A stretch of 64,000 bases of DNA. It comes from Phoronis australis (taxonomy: Eukaryota > Animalia > Phoronida). The stretch is taken from positions 439,395 to 503,394 of the forward strand of contig NMRA01000011.1 in assembly GCA_002633005.1 (NCBI GenBank), in the 5' to 3' direction. This document shows, one piece after another, positions 38,880 through 50,446 of the stretch (positions are counted from its first letter, which is position 1; every line of letters begins with the position of its first letter). A model generated the notes under the pieces. It was not told the DNA's origin, made no database searches, and saw only the letters and a list, made by a program, of their open reading frames with translations. The position numbers and the translations under genes are program-made.

Positions 38880-39365
38880 GCCAACAACATATCAGATGTA
38901 ACCGTTTCCTTTATTAAGTAACAACGTATCGAATATAACATCTTCAATTATTATCCGACAGTATATCATATGTAACCATTTCCTTTATGGCATCTTTCTT
39001 TATTATCTGACAGTGTATCAGATATAGCCTCTTTCTTTTTTATCTGACAGTGTATCAGATATAGCATCTTTCTTTATTATCTGACGGTGTATCAGATATA
39101 GTATCTTTCTTTATTATCTGACGGTGTATCAGATATAGTATCTTTCTTTATTATCTGACAGCGTATCAGATATAGCATCTTTCTTTATTATCTGACAGTG
39201 TATCAGATATAGCCTCTTCCTTTTTTATCTGACAGCGTATCAGATATAGCCTCTTCCTTTTTTATCTTACAGCGTATCAGATATAGCCTCTTCCTTTTTT
39301 ATCTGACAGCATATCAGATATTGTCTCTTCCTTTTTCAACTGACAGTATATTAGATATAGCCTCT
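38880..39365. repeat. 37-bp minisatellite with internal palindrome (about 13 copies)
   Basis: atctttctttattatctgacagtgtatcagatatagc; tatctga/tcagata stem in every unit. Confidence 0.92.
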
Positions 39366-40614
39366 TCTGACTGCGTGTCACGTGTTTATTAATTGGTGGA
39401 ATTGACATGACAACAATTAGCTTCAGCTAGAAATGGAATTTTTTGAAATTGTGCTTGCTTTGATGAAACAAGAAGACTTAACAGTTATCATCCTACAAAA
39501 TTATGGTGTGTAGTTTTGATAGGTGTGTGAGTGACCCATTTTGATTTTAGTTTTAATGCATTCCTGCATATGATTATAATTCTTTGGTGTTTGGAAATGA
39601 TGACATCTTCTCGTCTAGAATTCAATTCTCTGCTCGCTTGTAAGTGGATTGGTATAATGGTTCCTCCTGAGATGAGAGATACATGTGCCTTGGTTAGTCG
39701 AGTACTGAAGCTAATTTCCGAGTACGTGCACAGATATTGATCCCTTGATGTGTTTGCTCTCTCTGTAGGAAAGCTTTATTCTACAAGTAATTCTGAAGAA
39801 TTTTACTTGTGGGAATAACCAATGGCATAATTAGTGGTTTGTTAATTGTTGTACTCTGTTCTAATATCAGCATTAGAGCTGACTATCAAGGTGCACTTCT
39901 GTCAGTAGTCTTCTTCAGTTTGCACTTGCTCAAATATTTACTTATGGCCTTTTATTTTTGTGTATCCTTGAGTATACTTGGGCTAGTCCCTGACCAGTTA
40001 GGTGAGAATAACACCTAAACATGATACTGCTAGTCTGACTCTTTGGGAGTATAGCTTGTCGCTAGTACTCCAGCCTCAAGGCAGCCCACCACTGGGTACA
40101 CTAGTTAAATCTTAGGTTCCTGTGATAATTTTGTGTCTTTAGCACATGTAAGTAACTGATATTCTCAATAGCAACTCTACGGCAAGTTCAAAATGTGATT
40201 GATTTTTTGTTCGAATGGCAACAGACTACTTTGTCTGCCAAAAAAGGTTGAGTTCACTGTAATTAAATGTACTTGCTGTTGGCAATGCTGCTTTGCGTCG
40301 TTGAGCCTATTTCTAACCGCTATGGACAAATTTAGACAAAATGTCTACTCAAGTCTTGCCTAAATTCAAAACGGTAATTAAGCAATTTTCCAAAACAGCA
40401 TGTTATATTCATGTACTTATTGTCCCTTTGGACAAAGTATAAATAACGAACTATGTCATGTGTTGTGAACATGCAAACTATTTGTACAATTCATATGGAG
40501 CCAGTTCATGTCCAGGCATTCTAAGTGGATGGGTACTTCTGTACAGACATTCGTTTGGACCAACGCTCTAATGTAGACAAACAAGTAGACAATCCTCTAA
40601 TTTATACAACCATG

Positions 40615-40900
40615 CTGCAGGCAATTTTGTGAAAAGGCCCTCTGGTATAGGCAAATTTATAAAAAGGCCCTCTGGCTTAGTCAATTTTGAGGAAAGGCTG
40701 TATTGTGCAGGGTATTTTGTAAATGGGCCCTCTGGTGCAGGCGATTTTGTAAATAGTCCCTCTGGTGCAGGGTATTTTGTAAATTGGCCCTCTGGCGCTG
40801 GCAATTTAATGAATGGGCCCTCTGATACAGACAGTTGTGTGAACAGACTCTCTAATACAGACAGCCATGTGAAATTGTCCTCTAGTATAGACAAGCATGG
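40615..40900. repeat. 30-bp minisatellite
   Basis: ccctctggtgcagggtattttgtaaatggg-type unit about 9 times; explains the 10-aa-periodic ORFs on both strands. Confidence 0.85.
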
Positions 40901-40973
40901 TGGTTGACCATTTAATGTAAACAAAGGCAAGCCATTTTGTATAGAACAAAATTCTGATTTCTAGTTTTAATAG

Positions 40974-41186
<213 letters not shown>

Positions 41187-41986
41187 TGATATGTATGAGT
41201 TATGTCTTGATATCTTGGGCCCCCCCGTGGTGTGTTGAATTCGCTCCTGTTACTACAGTGTCATTTGTAAAACAGTGGACAGGCCTGTTTAACATTTGGT
41301 GGAAATCAATCAGTTCGGTTGAAAGTGACGAAGGATTAACATTTAAAGAGTTGCCACCATGACCTTGTGTTTCAGAACGAATTTAATTAATATATCTTAA
41401 TTAAGAGATTTAATAGGCTTTAGTATATCCATTGCCAAGAAACAAGTCAGAAATTTGAAAACAAGTTCTGTTGTCTGGTTGTACGTAACGGGTGGAAGAC
41501 CGTTTCCATCATTCTAAGTGTAATACTGAGGAGTTGTGATTCTTCAAGTACTTGAGTGTGATGCCCGTATCCACTCTCCTTCCTGTCTGCATAATAGTTA
41601 TCCAGTTCTCGCTCAAAATCGTCCTCGTCTTCTGATCTGCTGTGTTACGCCATTGCAATTCATTGTCAAGTGACCAAACATCTTCCACCCATTACATCAT
41701 TGGGTTGGAAACTTGGAAATACCTAGTAATTTTTCTTCAAAATTAAAAACATTTGTGACTATTTGGCATAAAGAGTGTCTATTTAGATTTTATGGTACTC
41801 ATTTCATATTAGCTTACTGAAACCTCAAGAACTAAGAAAATTGCGTGGTGGGAACTCTTTGAAGAAGTGATGGCGATGTACATGTACATGTGTATGTACG
41901 CTATGTATACACACATGTATGTAGCTTTGTTCAAAAGGAACATTAAACTTTACTAGATGAGCAGTTAAAACTTGTGTTTATTTCAG

Positions 41987-42081
41987 GTGTCATCCTTTAC
42001 ATTCTCTTAGTGGGTTATCCTCCCTTCTGGGATGAGGATCAGCACAAGTTGTATGCACAGATCAAGGCTGGTGCTTTTGAC
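41987..42081 (+). CDS. CaMKII: CaMKII exon 9 (95 nt)
   Basis: tttatttcag|GT GTC ATC...TTT GAC|gtgagt; (G)[31 protein letters not shown]. Confidence 0.97.
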
Positions 42082-43275
42082 GTGAGTGCGCTAGTAGTGC
42101 CTATGTATGCAAATAGTCTTTTATGTTTACTTATAGATTGATGTAAAATGTGTTTGATATGGCTTCCTGGTTGCACATAGTATTACACAATGGGAGACTC
42201 GAAATTCATTAGGTTGTGCTAGTGTAAGAGTATCGGACAGTACATGCATTCAGTTTGTAACACAGGACGGTTATCCCACGAACTCCCCCTTCCTGATCAA
42301 CTGGCTTCTGCCGTCAGTCAGTTGTTGCACAGTAGTACCTCTCATTTGCGCATGGTAGTGCGGTGCCTATAGGATGTTAAACTTTCTATGATACTAAAAC
42401 CAACGAGTCACCAGCGTGTGTGCCAGCCAGTCGCTCCTTCCACCTTCAGTCTTAAAAATATGGGTCAAACTGGTGAATTTTGTTAAATCAATAGGCTCAT
42501 CCTTAGTTTGTTACCTGGCAGATTTGTGGAAGTCATGCAAAAAGTGAATTTCAAATTACTACGGCAGTCACTGCGTTCACGCAATTCCAAATTAGCAGAA
42601 GTAGGGGTGCTTGCTTGCATTTACATTGAATGTTTGTGTAATCCTTATGTATGTAAAGATAGATGCATGCAAACACATGAGCTGTAATTCTGTTTCATGT
42701 CTCTTTCATCCAACAATGAGACAGTGTAGTGTTACTCTGTTGCTTGAATATGGCGAGGGGCCACTGAAACAGATTGTTCGTTATCAAAGAGTAATCATGT
42801 GACGTGCGTTTTGGAACACTAGTTAGAATTCTTGTGAGACGGCTGTTCATTAAGACACTAGCACCTTTTAAGAAAACTTGACCATGTAGGGTGGGTGATA
42901 ACCTTTGTTCAGGAATTTAAAAGTGAAGGCTTTAAGCCGTAGGAGTCCGGTTATTATTTGAAAACCGGTGACCGTAGATAAGTGTAGTGTAATGATCCGG
43001 GACAGATATTTTGTAGCAGTTGCTTTGCTCTAACTTTGAATCTGTTGACTTAAATATTCCATGTTATTCTTGAGCCAGGGCGACTGCCTCTGTTCAGCAT
43101 ACATTTCCAGCTAAATGTCTTCGTCCTACGTTTAAAACATCCTGAAAAATTAATTAGCACTAAGGAAAACATTTATGACTAAATGAATTGTATAATATCC
43201 TCATTTAAAGAGTTTTTCTTAATAAGGTTAAGTTAATCCCTTGATGTTCTCTTTTCATACCTTGACATGTTTCAG

Positions 43276-43398
43276 TATCCTTCGCCGGAATGGGACACCG
43301 TGACAGCTGAAGCCAAAAGTCTTATCAACAGCATGCTGTGTGTAAGCCCATCCAAGAGAATCTGTGCATCGGACGCGCTCAAGCACCCGTGGATATGC
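43276..43398 (+). CDS. CaMKII: CaMKII exon 10 (123 nt)
   Basis: gtttcag|TAT CCT TCG...ATA TGC|gtaaga; [41 protein letters not shown]. Confidence 0.96.
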
Positions 43399-43743
43399 GT
43401 AAGACCACCACTGTCAACATGCATTAACTTATCTTAGTCCCAGTGTTTGATTACTATCCAGTTGGAGTACACAGCTGATACAGTCTAAGTACTTCTAGTT
43501 AATAGTTACATTATCAACAAGTTTTGTGTTGCCTAAAGACTTAATGATATCTTATGTAACTAGTGAGACAGACTGAGCTAGCTAATTAGCTGGATGTAAC
43601 TGATATCTTGTTTAAGAATAGCTTTGTTTTATATTTTTATCTTGTTTGTTTTATACCTGTCTCTTTTTTTGAGGTTTTTCCACCATGTGGTGATGACAGG
43701 GGAGCTAGGCAGCTGTTCTGTTGACGCATATTTCTATTTGCAG

Positions 43744-43827
43744 CAACGTGAGCGAGTGGCATCTGTCGTGCACAGACAAGAGACCGTGGAATGTCTCAAG
43801 AAGTTCAACGCCAGGCGTAAACTGAAG
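43744..43827 (+). CDS. CaMKII: CaMKII exon 11 (84 nt), autoinhibitory segment with Thr286/287-equivalent
   Basis: tttctatttgcag|CAA CGT...CTG AAG|gtcagt; [28 protein letters not shown]. Confidence 0.97.
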
Positions 43828-44377
43828 GTCAGTCATGGCTAACAGGCCACCATTTAAACTTCTTTGTTTTGTTTTGTTTTGTTTTGTCATGTGAATTCAA
43901 GTCATTGAAGTAAAAGATCTTTGGTTCATTTACTCTTTTTTATCTACAACAAGAATTAACCAGCTTTGTTTGAGATTTGTCAGACAAAAGTAGGTGAAGT
44001 GTCATTCTTTTGACTATCACTGTAAGGACATTAGTTGTAATTATTACATCCTTGATATGTTCTCAAATTCAGTTGGACCTTGCATACCCACTGCCGGCAG
44101 TGGTTGAGAAGGCAGCGAATTGACCAATGATAAAATTTATGTTTGTCATGCGTCCCATGGTGAAGAAAAAGCTTGGGACAATGAAACTCTGTTTCTAGGG
44201 TCTAGGCCTTATCTCTTGAAATATGGACATTGAAATCACCATTTCTGAAAAAATCGACATATTAAGCAAAGTCTTATCTCAGCATTACTAAGAAAATTTT
44301 GGTGTAGTTTGAAAATACAGGTTGTGGGTAGAAGAGGGTGGGTATAATGGATGGGCGAAAAGAAATGTAAAGTTAAA

Positions 44378-44648
44378 ATGATACTGATATCACATTCAAA
44401 ATATTGCCTATGATACTAATATGAAGCATGCTATTGTCCGTTATATTGACGTGACAGACAAAATACTGTCTATGATACTGATATGAAAAAGTATTGTATA
44501 TGATACTGATATGACATACTAAGCATTGTCTGCGATACTGATATGGCATAGGAAGTATGTATATAATACTGATATGACAAAGTATTGGCTATGATACTTA
44601 AAGGCCTAAGTATCATCTATGATTTTGATATGACAAAGTATTGTCCAT
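44378..44648. repeat. Degenerate minisatellite, unit about 29 bp
   Basis: tatgatactgatatgacaaagtattgtc-type units. Confidence 0.75.
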
Positions 44649-44989
44649 GGAGATAATAAAAGCTGCCATTTCAGAGTTCCCACAGCCAGCTGCTCTATCG
44701 TTATGTTCTTCGTGCAAAGTGTATAGAAATGGTTGAATAATAATATAATTTCATGTTTTGTTTTAAAATATATACAAATTGTTTTGCTTAGGGTAACTAC
44801 CTACTTTCTTTATTAAAAATTATTAAAGTAAACTTTTAAAAATACTTGTTTTCTGCCATACTTAACAAAATATTCATTGTATTTTTCTGAAAAAATATGA
44901 TTTTCACCAAGATTGCTAACTCAGAATCTCGTGTACAATTTGAGATTGTGGTTGTCTGCAATCATGAATGATTGATATCTCCATTTCAG

Positions 44990-45032
44990 GGAGCCATCTT
45001 GACAACCATGTTGGCCACTAGAAACTTCTCAA
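44990..45032 (+). CDS. CaMKII: CaMKII exon 12 (43 nt), CaM-binding segment with Thr305/306-equivalent
   Basis: ccatttcag|GGA GCC ATC...TCA A|gtaagt; GAILTTMLATRNFS, ends in phase 1. Confidence 0.96.
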
Positions 45033-45834
45033 GTAAGTGTCCATCAGACCTGTACTCTCTTACCTCACTGTTAATTGCAGTTAGTTACGTTTTGATGCAA
45101 AACTGCACGGTTGTGAATCCCATAGGTCTAACGACAGTGGTTATGAGTAGGTCTGACTCCTTTTATCGTCCCTTAGTACCCGTTACGAAACTGTTCGGAC
45201 ATCTTCCCTCTGTGTTCCTTAAAGCCACGTGCAGGTACAAGATCAGCCAAATTTCACTGAAAACAAATCGTGCTAGCGCCTGAGAAACTAGTCGCATTCA
45301 GCGCTTTATGCTATTGTGTTAACTTAGAATGCAAATTCACTGTTTGTGGCTTTAAATGACAAGTTGGCACATCACGTACTGTATTTTGGCAGCCATTGTA
45401 GCTTGTTGAGCATGCCTCAAGGTTCAACTTAATTTGTTTCCCACCAGTCCACAGTCTTGGATATTAGGGCCCCACTGTCCTGCTTCTTGATCCTCCCTCC
45501 AAATGCTGTTACATCGCTTTGATCGTGTGCCTGACAAAACCCCCGGTTGTTTGCACTAAATAGGCATTGTTTAGTTTGCAAGCTTGTGTGTGTGTGTATA
45601 AACACTGAGAAAACAATTGCACAATAAATTTGCTGGTTTGGATTCAAGTCCATCGCAAGCCTTACAATAAGCATACCAATCCATGTAGACACATCCAAAC
45701 ATTCACATTAAGTACATCCTTTGAGAGGGGTGCTGACCAAGTCGGTTGTTCCTGCTCATATACAATGATGTGAGAACTAGGTTGCTCACTATCTGCAATT
45801 AGTTCTCTTGAGTTGACTTTTACTTCTTTGAGCC

Positions 45835-46500
45835 CCTACACCTGCATATACATTCGTGGGTGTATATTGCCGTTATCTCTGTCCGGGCGTCCAGTGTCCA
45901 GTGTCTGCTGCTGTATCTCCTCATTTCATCTATGATCTTAATGAAATATGGCAGAGGTGTTCCAGCGAAGCTCATGACAGATGATGACAACTTTTGGACA
46001 AATCTGACTACCGTTGTGCCCTCTGTGGCAATTTTATTTTGTTACGCTTGCGTCTTCATGAATTGTTTTGCACCCACCGACATATGGCGCTCACATGGGG
46101 GAATGCATTATGCCACCATCTCCCCTTTTGGCTGTTGTGTGTCCATGTGGCCGACGTCCACCATGCACTGTTATGTCTCCAAAATCGCTTGGTAGACGTT
46201 AAAATTTTTCAGATGTGTTCCTATCATGGATGAGACAGCACAAGCGAATTTTTGGACAGAATTTGATCACTGTTTTACCCTCTAGTTGCAATTTCAATTT
46301 TTGGTTTCCTTGATGGGTTTTCATGAAATTTGATGAATATGTTTTTATTACAGAAGTGGTGACTCCTGCCCATTTTCAGATGGAGGCTACGTAATCTGTG
46401 CCCCTAGTGGTCATTTTTATTACTTTTGCTTCGTTTTTTTACATTGACGCTCTAATACACCAAACTTCTTGAAGAATCATGAAACTTCACAGAATTGGGA
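45835..46500 (+). mobile_element. Degenerate/nested HINE family A remnants
   Basis: two diverged 5' ends (about 45835 and 46066) plus internal motifs gtgccctctgtggcaatttt and gtgcccctagtggtcattt. Confidence 0.55.
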
Positions 46501-46589
46501 TGAGCAGGAATGGCATTCATTTTCGGCATGTCAAACTATTGAGGCACTCCCTTGGTGTCTATATCTATCAACATTCTTGATGGATTTTC

Positions 46590-46825
46590 ATGTCTTTATC
46601 ATGGTAGTGTGATCCCTGTCTCCTTATATCTTTACCGTGGTAATGTGAGGACCATATCTTTGTGTATTTACCATGGTAATGTGAGCGCCATCCCTTCATA
46701 TCTTTACCATGGTAATGTGAGCGCCATCCCTGCATATATTTACGTTCAATGGTGATGTGAGCACCATACTCTTATATCTTTACCGTGGTAAATTGACCAT
46801 CATATCCTTGTATCTTTACCATTTG
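46590..46825. repeat. 36-bp minisatellite
   Basis: atctttaccatggtaatgtgagcgccatcccttcat repeated about 6 times. Confidence 0.8.
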
Positions 46826-46908
46826 TGGTGCACATGGTGGCACACATCAACTCACTCCGTTGCTGTTGTGTAATTGATTCCTGTGCCATGACACATCAGA
46901 TGATGCCA

Positions 46909-47747
46909 TTTTATGCGCCCACATATTTATATGTGGACGCATTATGCCATCATCCCCGGGTGGCCTGCGTCCAGCGTCCGCTGCTCTATCTCCAAAATTC
47001 TTTGACAAATGTTCATGAAATTTTGCATGTGTTCCTTTCATGGATGGGACGGCATGAACGAACTTTCAGACAGATCCAACAACTGTTGTGGCCCCAAGTG
47101 GTAATTTTAGTTTTTTACGTTTACCTCTGTATCTACAAAGGTCCTCAACGTATTTTCATAAAATTTAGCATATAGGCATCTATTAGTGAGATGACGCTAT
47201 CCTCCCATTTTTGAATGGATTTGACATAGTTTGCACCACCTAGTGACGTCCACACCTCTATCAACCAAACCGCTCTAAGGATGATTGTGAAAATTGACGT
47301 ATGTTCTTACTATGAAGAGAATGGCTGATGATGATTTTCCGACGACTTTGACAAATGTGGTGCCTCCTAGTGGCAGTTTCTTTTGCGCCCGTAGCTGTAT
47401 CTCCTAAACCCACTGCATGATCTTAATTGAATTTGGTACGTAAGTGTATTTATGTGAAGCTAACAACAGACAACGACTTTCAGGCGGATCCAGCGAGTGC
47501 TGTGTCCCCTATTGGCAATTTCATTTTTTCTGTTTTCTTTTGTTTTTCTGAAGTTCCGTGACAGATTGTTATGAAATTTGATAAATAGCTTTCTATTAAA
47601 GAAGTGATGACATATTCCCATTTTCGGATGGATTGGACATTTTTGCGCCATCTAGTGGCCATTTTTATGACACATATAAACAACCCTAGAAGCACACCAT
47701 TTGCGATGCGTTCGTGGGGGCATTTCAACGCTGGGTGTTGCTCTTGT
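46909..47747 (+). mobile_element. HINE/Helentron-like family A copy (about 0.84 kb)
   Basis: ttttatgcgcccacatatttatatgtggacgcat 5' hairpin; 3' gtgggggcatttcaacgctgggtgttgctcttgt; collinear with 20469-21319. Confidence 0.8.
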
Positions 47748-48296
47748 AAAGAATTACTAGAAACTAAAGTTCACTGTAGTATTTCAATATGTAAATTAGT
47801 GTTCATTAAGCAAAACCCCACCAGCTGTCTCTTAGCACGCTGTCTGTACAATAAAATATTGTCACAATTATGCTGTTTTCCCCACAGACACTGTTCCCAA
47901 GTTATCACGTGTGTGGTGGCAGCCTCTCTGTGACTTGTTTTGTCTAGCGCCACCTTACCTTATGTTTGTGTGTCTCTGTTTTGTGTTGTATGCACTATCT
48001 AGACAGTTGTTTATGAGTTGGACTGCCATCTATTGACATGTATTGTTGCTACATATAGTCATACACTACCTAATGTGGCTGTTAGCCAGAGTGTTTGCCT
48101 GGTGTGCTATACAGTTGAAGCTCGCGCTCAGTCTGTAGTCTTTAGAATATACAGCAGTGCTTAGTGTGCACGGATGAATATGATCTCTGAAACTGTTCTC
48201 ACCATGATTTCGACAATGCATGGAGCTTACCAGACTTTTGTCTTAGACACATGGGCTTGTTGTTTGAATGAATGTGTCTACTCTTAATGTTTCTAG

Positions 48297-48314
48297 TAAA
48301 CAAAGGGGACAAGA
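48297..48314 (+). CDS. CaMKII: Candidate 18-nt linker microexon
   Basis: ctcttaatgtttctag|TAAACAAAGGGGACAAGA|gtaagt; phase 1-1, reads (I)NKGDK after exon 12; consensus donor. Confidence 0.55.
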
Positions 48315-50404
48315 GTAAGTAACTGTGGCAATGGACCTTTGTTTGTTTGCGTTTTGCCTTGTCCCTCTTAACACTTAGAATTAGGACTTGTTTGTTTTAT
48401 TTGGCATTTTCATTTTTAACTTCTCCGAAATGGTGGTTGGGAGTATCTGGGTTGTTTTGTATGTTTTGTGTTTCGAATTGTCGATTGAGGATATCTGGGC
48501 TTTCTTGTACGTTTTGTGTTTCCGTTTCTCTAGACTTGTTTACTGTATTGGTATATTTTATCATGGTCTATGTTGGCTTCGAATGATCCTTGTTTGTGGC
48601 TCTGTGTTTGCATGCCACAGTTGTACTTCAAACTGCCCCAATGAAAAGTGGCGACTTCATTATGTAACCCACATATCAATATAGCTGAAAAATAATAATT
48701 ATAAATATCGCCACCCCCTATAAGTAATGCCTGCTTAAGGTCAGTTTTTGTGCCAACTAATCCTTTTGTGAGACCAATCATTCAATAATTCGGCTACATT
48801 CTCTTGCTCAACATAGAATTACCCCCTCACCACTGAATCAGTCTTGCCTGTCTGTCAATATGTGGCGCTCTTCATCCTTTCCTTTGACTCTGACATGTGT
48901 GTCAGCCCCGCTCCAATTAAATTTTTGCTCAGATTTGGTTGAAAGTGAATTTGCCAAAGGGTTAACCAAAAAGTTTTCACAAATTTGTGAAATGAACGTT
49001 AATTAGAAGAACGGGAGAAAAATAGTTTTTGAACTTGCTAACTACCAAATCAATTCAAATTCCTTTGGGATATTTGGGGAACCACAAGTGACCTTACCGG
49101 TTATATTTCTCCTCTTTTTACCTTTCTTTAACTATGACAAATCAAATCATCTGCCATCTTGTACTCTCAGATTTTGACCTAGTGATGTCATGTGATCAAT
49201 AGTGGCGACACGAATGCCAACCAGTGAATCAAGTGAATGCTTTACTCATGGGTTCACGAGTTCATCGCTTGGTGAAAATGGTAATGGTGGAGTGACAAGC
49301 GAGTCGTAAAACGTTGAATCTTCAAGTTAATAACTTCACCGTATTATTTTTGCAGATAATTGTGTTCACGCGATTGTAATTTCGACGCGTGCAGGTTCAT
49401 ACTTGATGTGCAATTGGAGTGTGATGTATGACGCTAAATCCTACACTTCCAATGTACAAACTTCCCGCTCTGTTTAGAGTTGATTTACTGACCAATGGTC
49501 AATGAGTCAAAATATGCATCCAGCATTGTCTTTTTTTGTTTAATCCACCATGATTGGACAATTGGAACCTTATGGCACCAGGAAGTTTAGAAATAACTTG
49601 TGTCAATTAAATAGTTATGAAGCGAAAGTTATTGTGGATTTTTAGATAAGAATTTATGAATTGAGGCTGTTAAAATTGATCTGGTCTTGGCTATTCAAAT
49701 AAATTATTTTACTTTTGTATTCAGTGTAAGAATTTTGTTTAATCATGGACTTATATATTAACAAAAGTTATTAATTTCACTAGTGTTATGTAATGTGAAA
49801 TGTTCTTTTGTTTGTCATAATTGTCCATGTTCTCCATTGCGTCAATTGACTTAAATCATTTGCCAGGTGAATTCCACTGCCATGCTCTTCATTGGACAAT
49901 GTAATAAGTTTCATTCAGGGCTTTGGTAAATGCGAGGTTTGGGTAAATGAAAGCATTTGTTTGTGTACCATTGTTCCTACTTATTTGTATATTAAAGCAA
50001 CTCATTTTGGGCGCAGAGGTCTTAATTAGTCCATATAGTGGTTTTGAATTTTGGGGACTGTTGTCAATCATGGGCGTCAGTTCACACACAATGTGCCTTT
50101 TGAAATTGACATGCAAGGTCAGTGAAAGCACTTCTTTGTAAACCCGGCTCTTAGTCATACAAGTGTCCCAGTTGGCCTGTGGTTTATGGCTGAGAGGTGT
50201 TTTATTACCCCCTGTAGGTTCTGAATAGGCCAGTCAGGAATGTTGGTTTGAGGAGGGCTGCTTCTGTTCTGAACTTAAATCTGGCATTGGATCCGCCCCT
50301 GTCAGGAAACGTTGCAGCTTATGCAAATAGTCCTTTAAATTAACATGTCTTGTTAGCTTGTCAGCTTTCCTTGTAATTTGACACACTGTTTGGTGTCAAT
50401 GTAG

Positions 50405-50446
50405 GTAACCTAGCAACCGTGGCAGCCTTTGGTGGTGACAAGGGAG
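50405..50446 (+). CDS. CaMKII: Candidate 42-nt variable-linker exon
   Basis: caatgtag|GT AAC CTA GCA ACC GTG GCA GCC TTT GGT GGT GAC AAG GGA G|gtaagt; phase 1-1, (S)NLATVAAFGGDKG, no stop; perfect donor, weak polypyrimidine tract. Confidence 0.5.

Noticed and set aside
40568-40930. 120-aa and 92-aa periodic ORFs
   Set aside because: Artefacts of the 30-bp tandem repeat
49356-49394. 39-nt in-frame candidate linker exon
   Set aside because: Good acceptor but very weak donor (gttcat)
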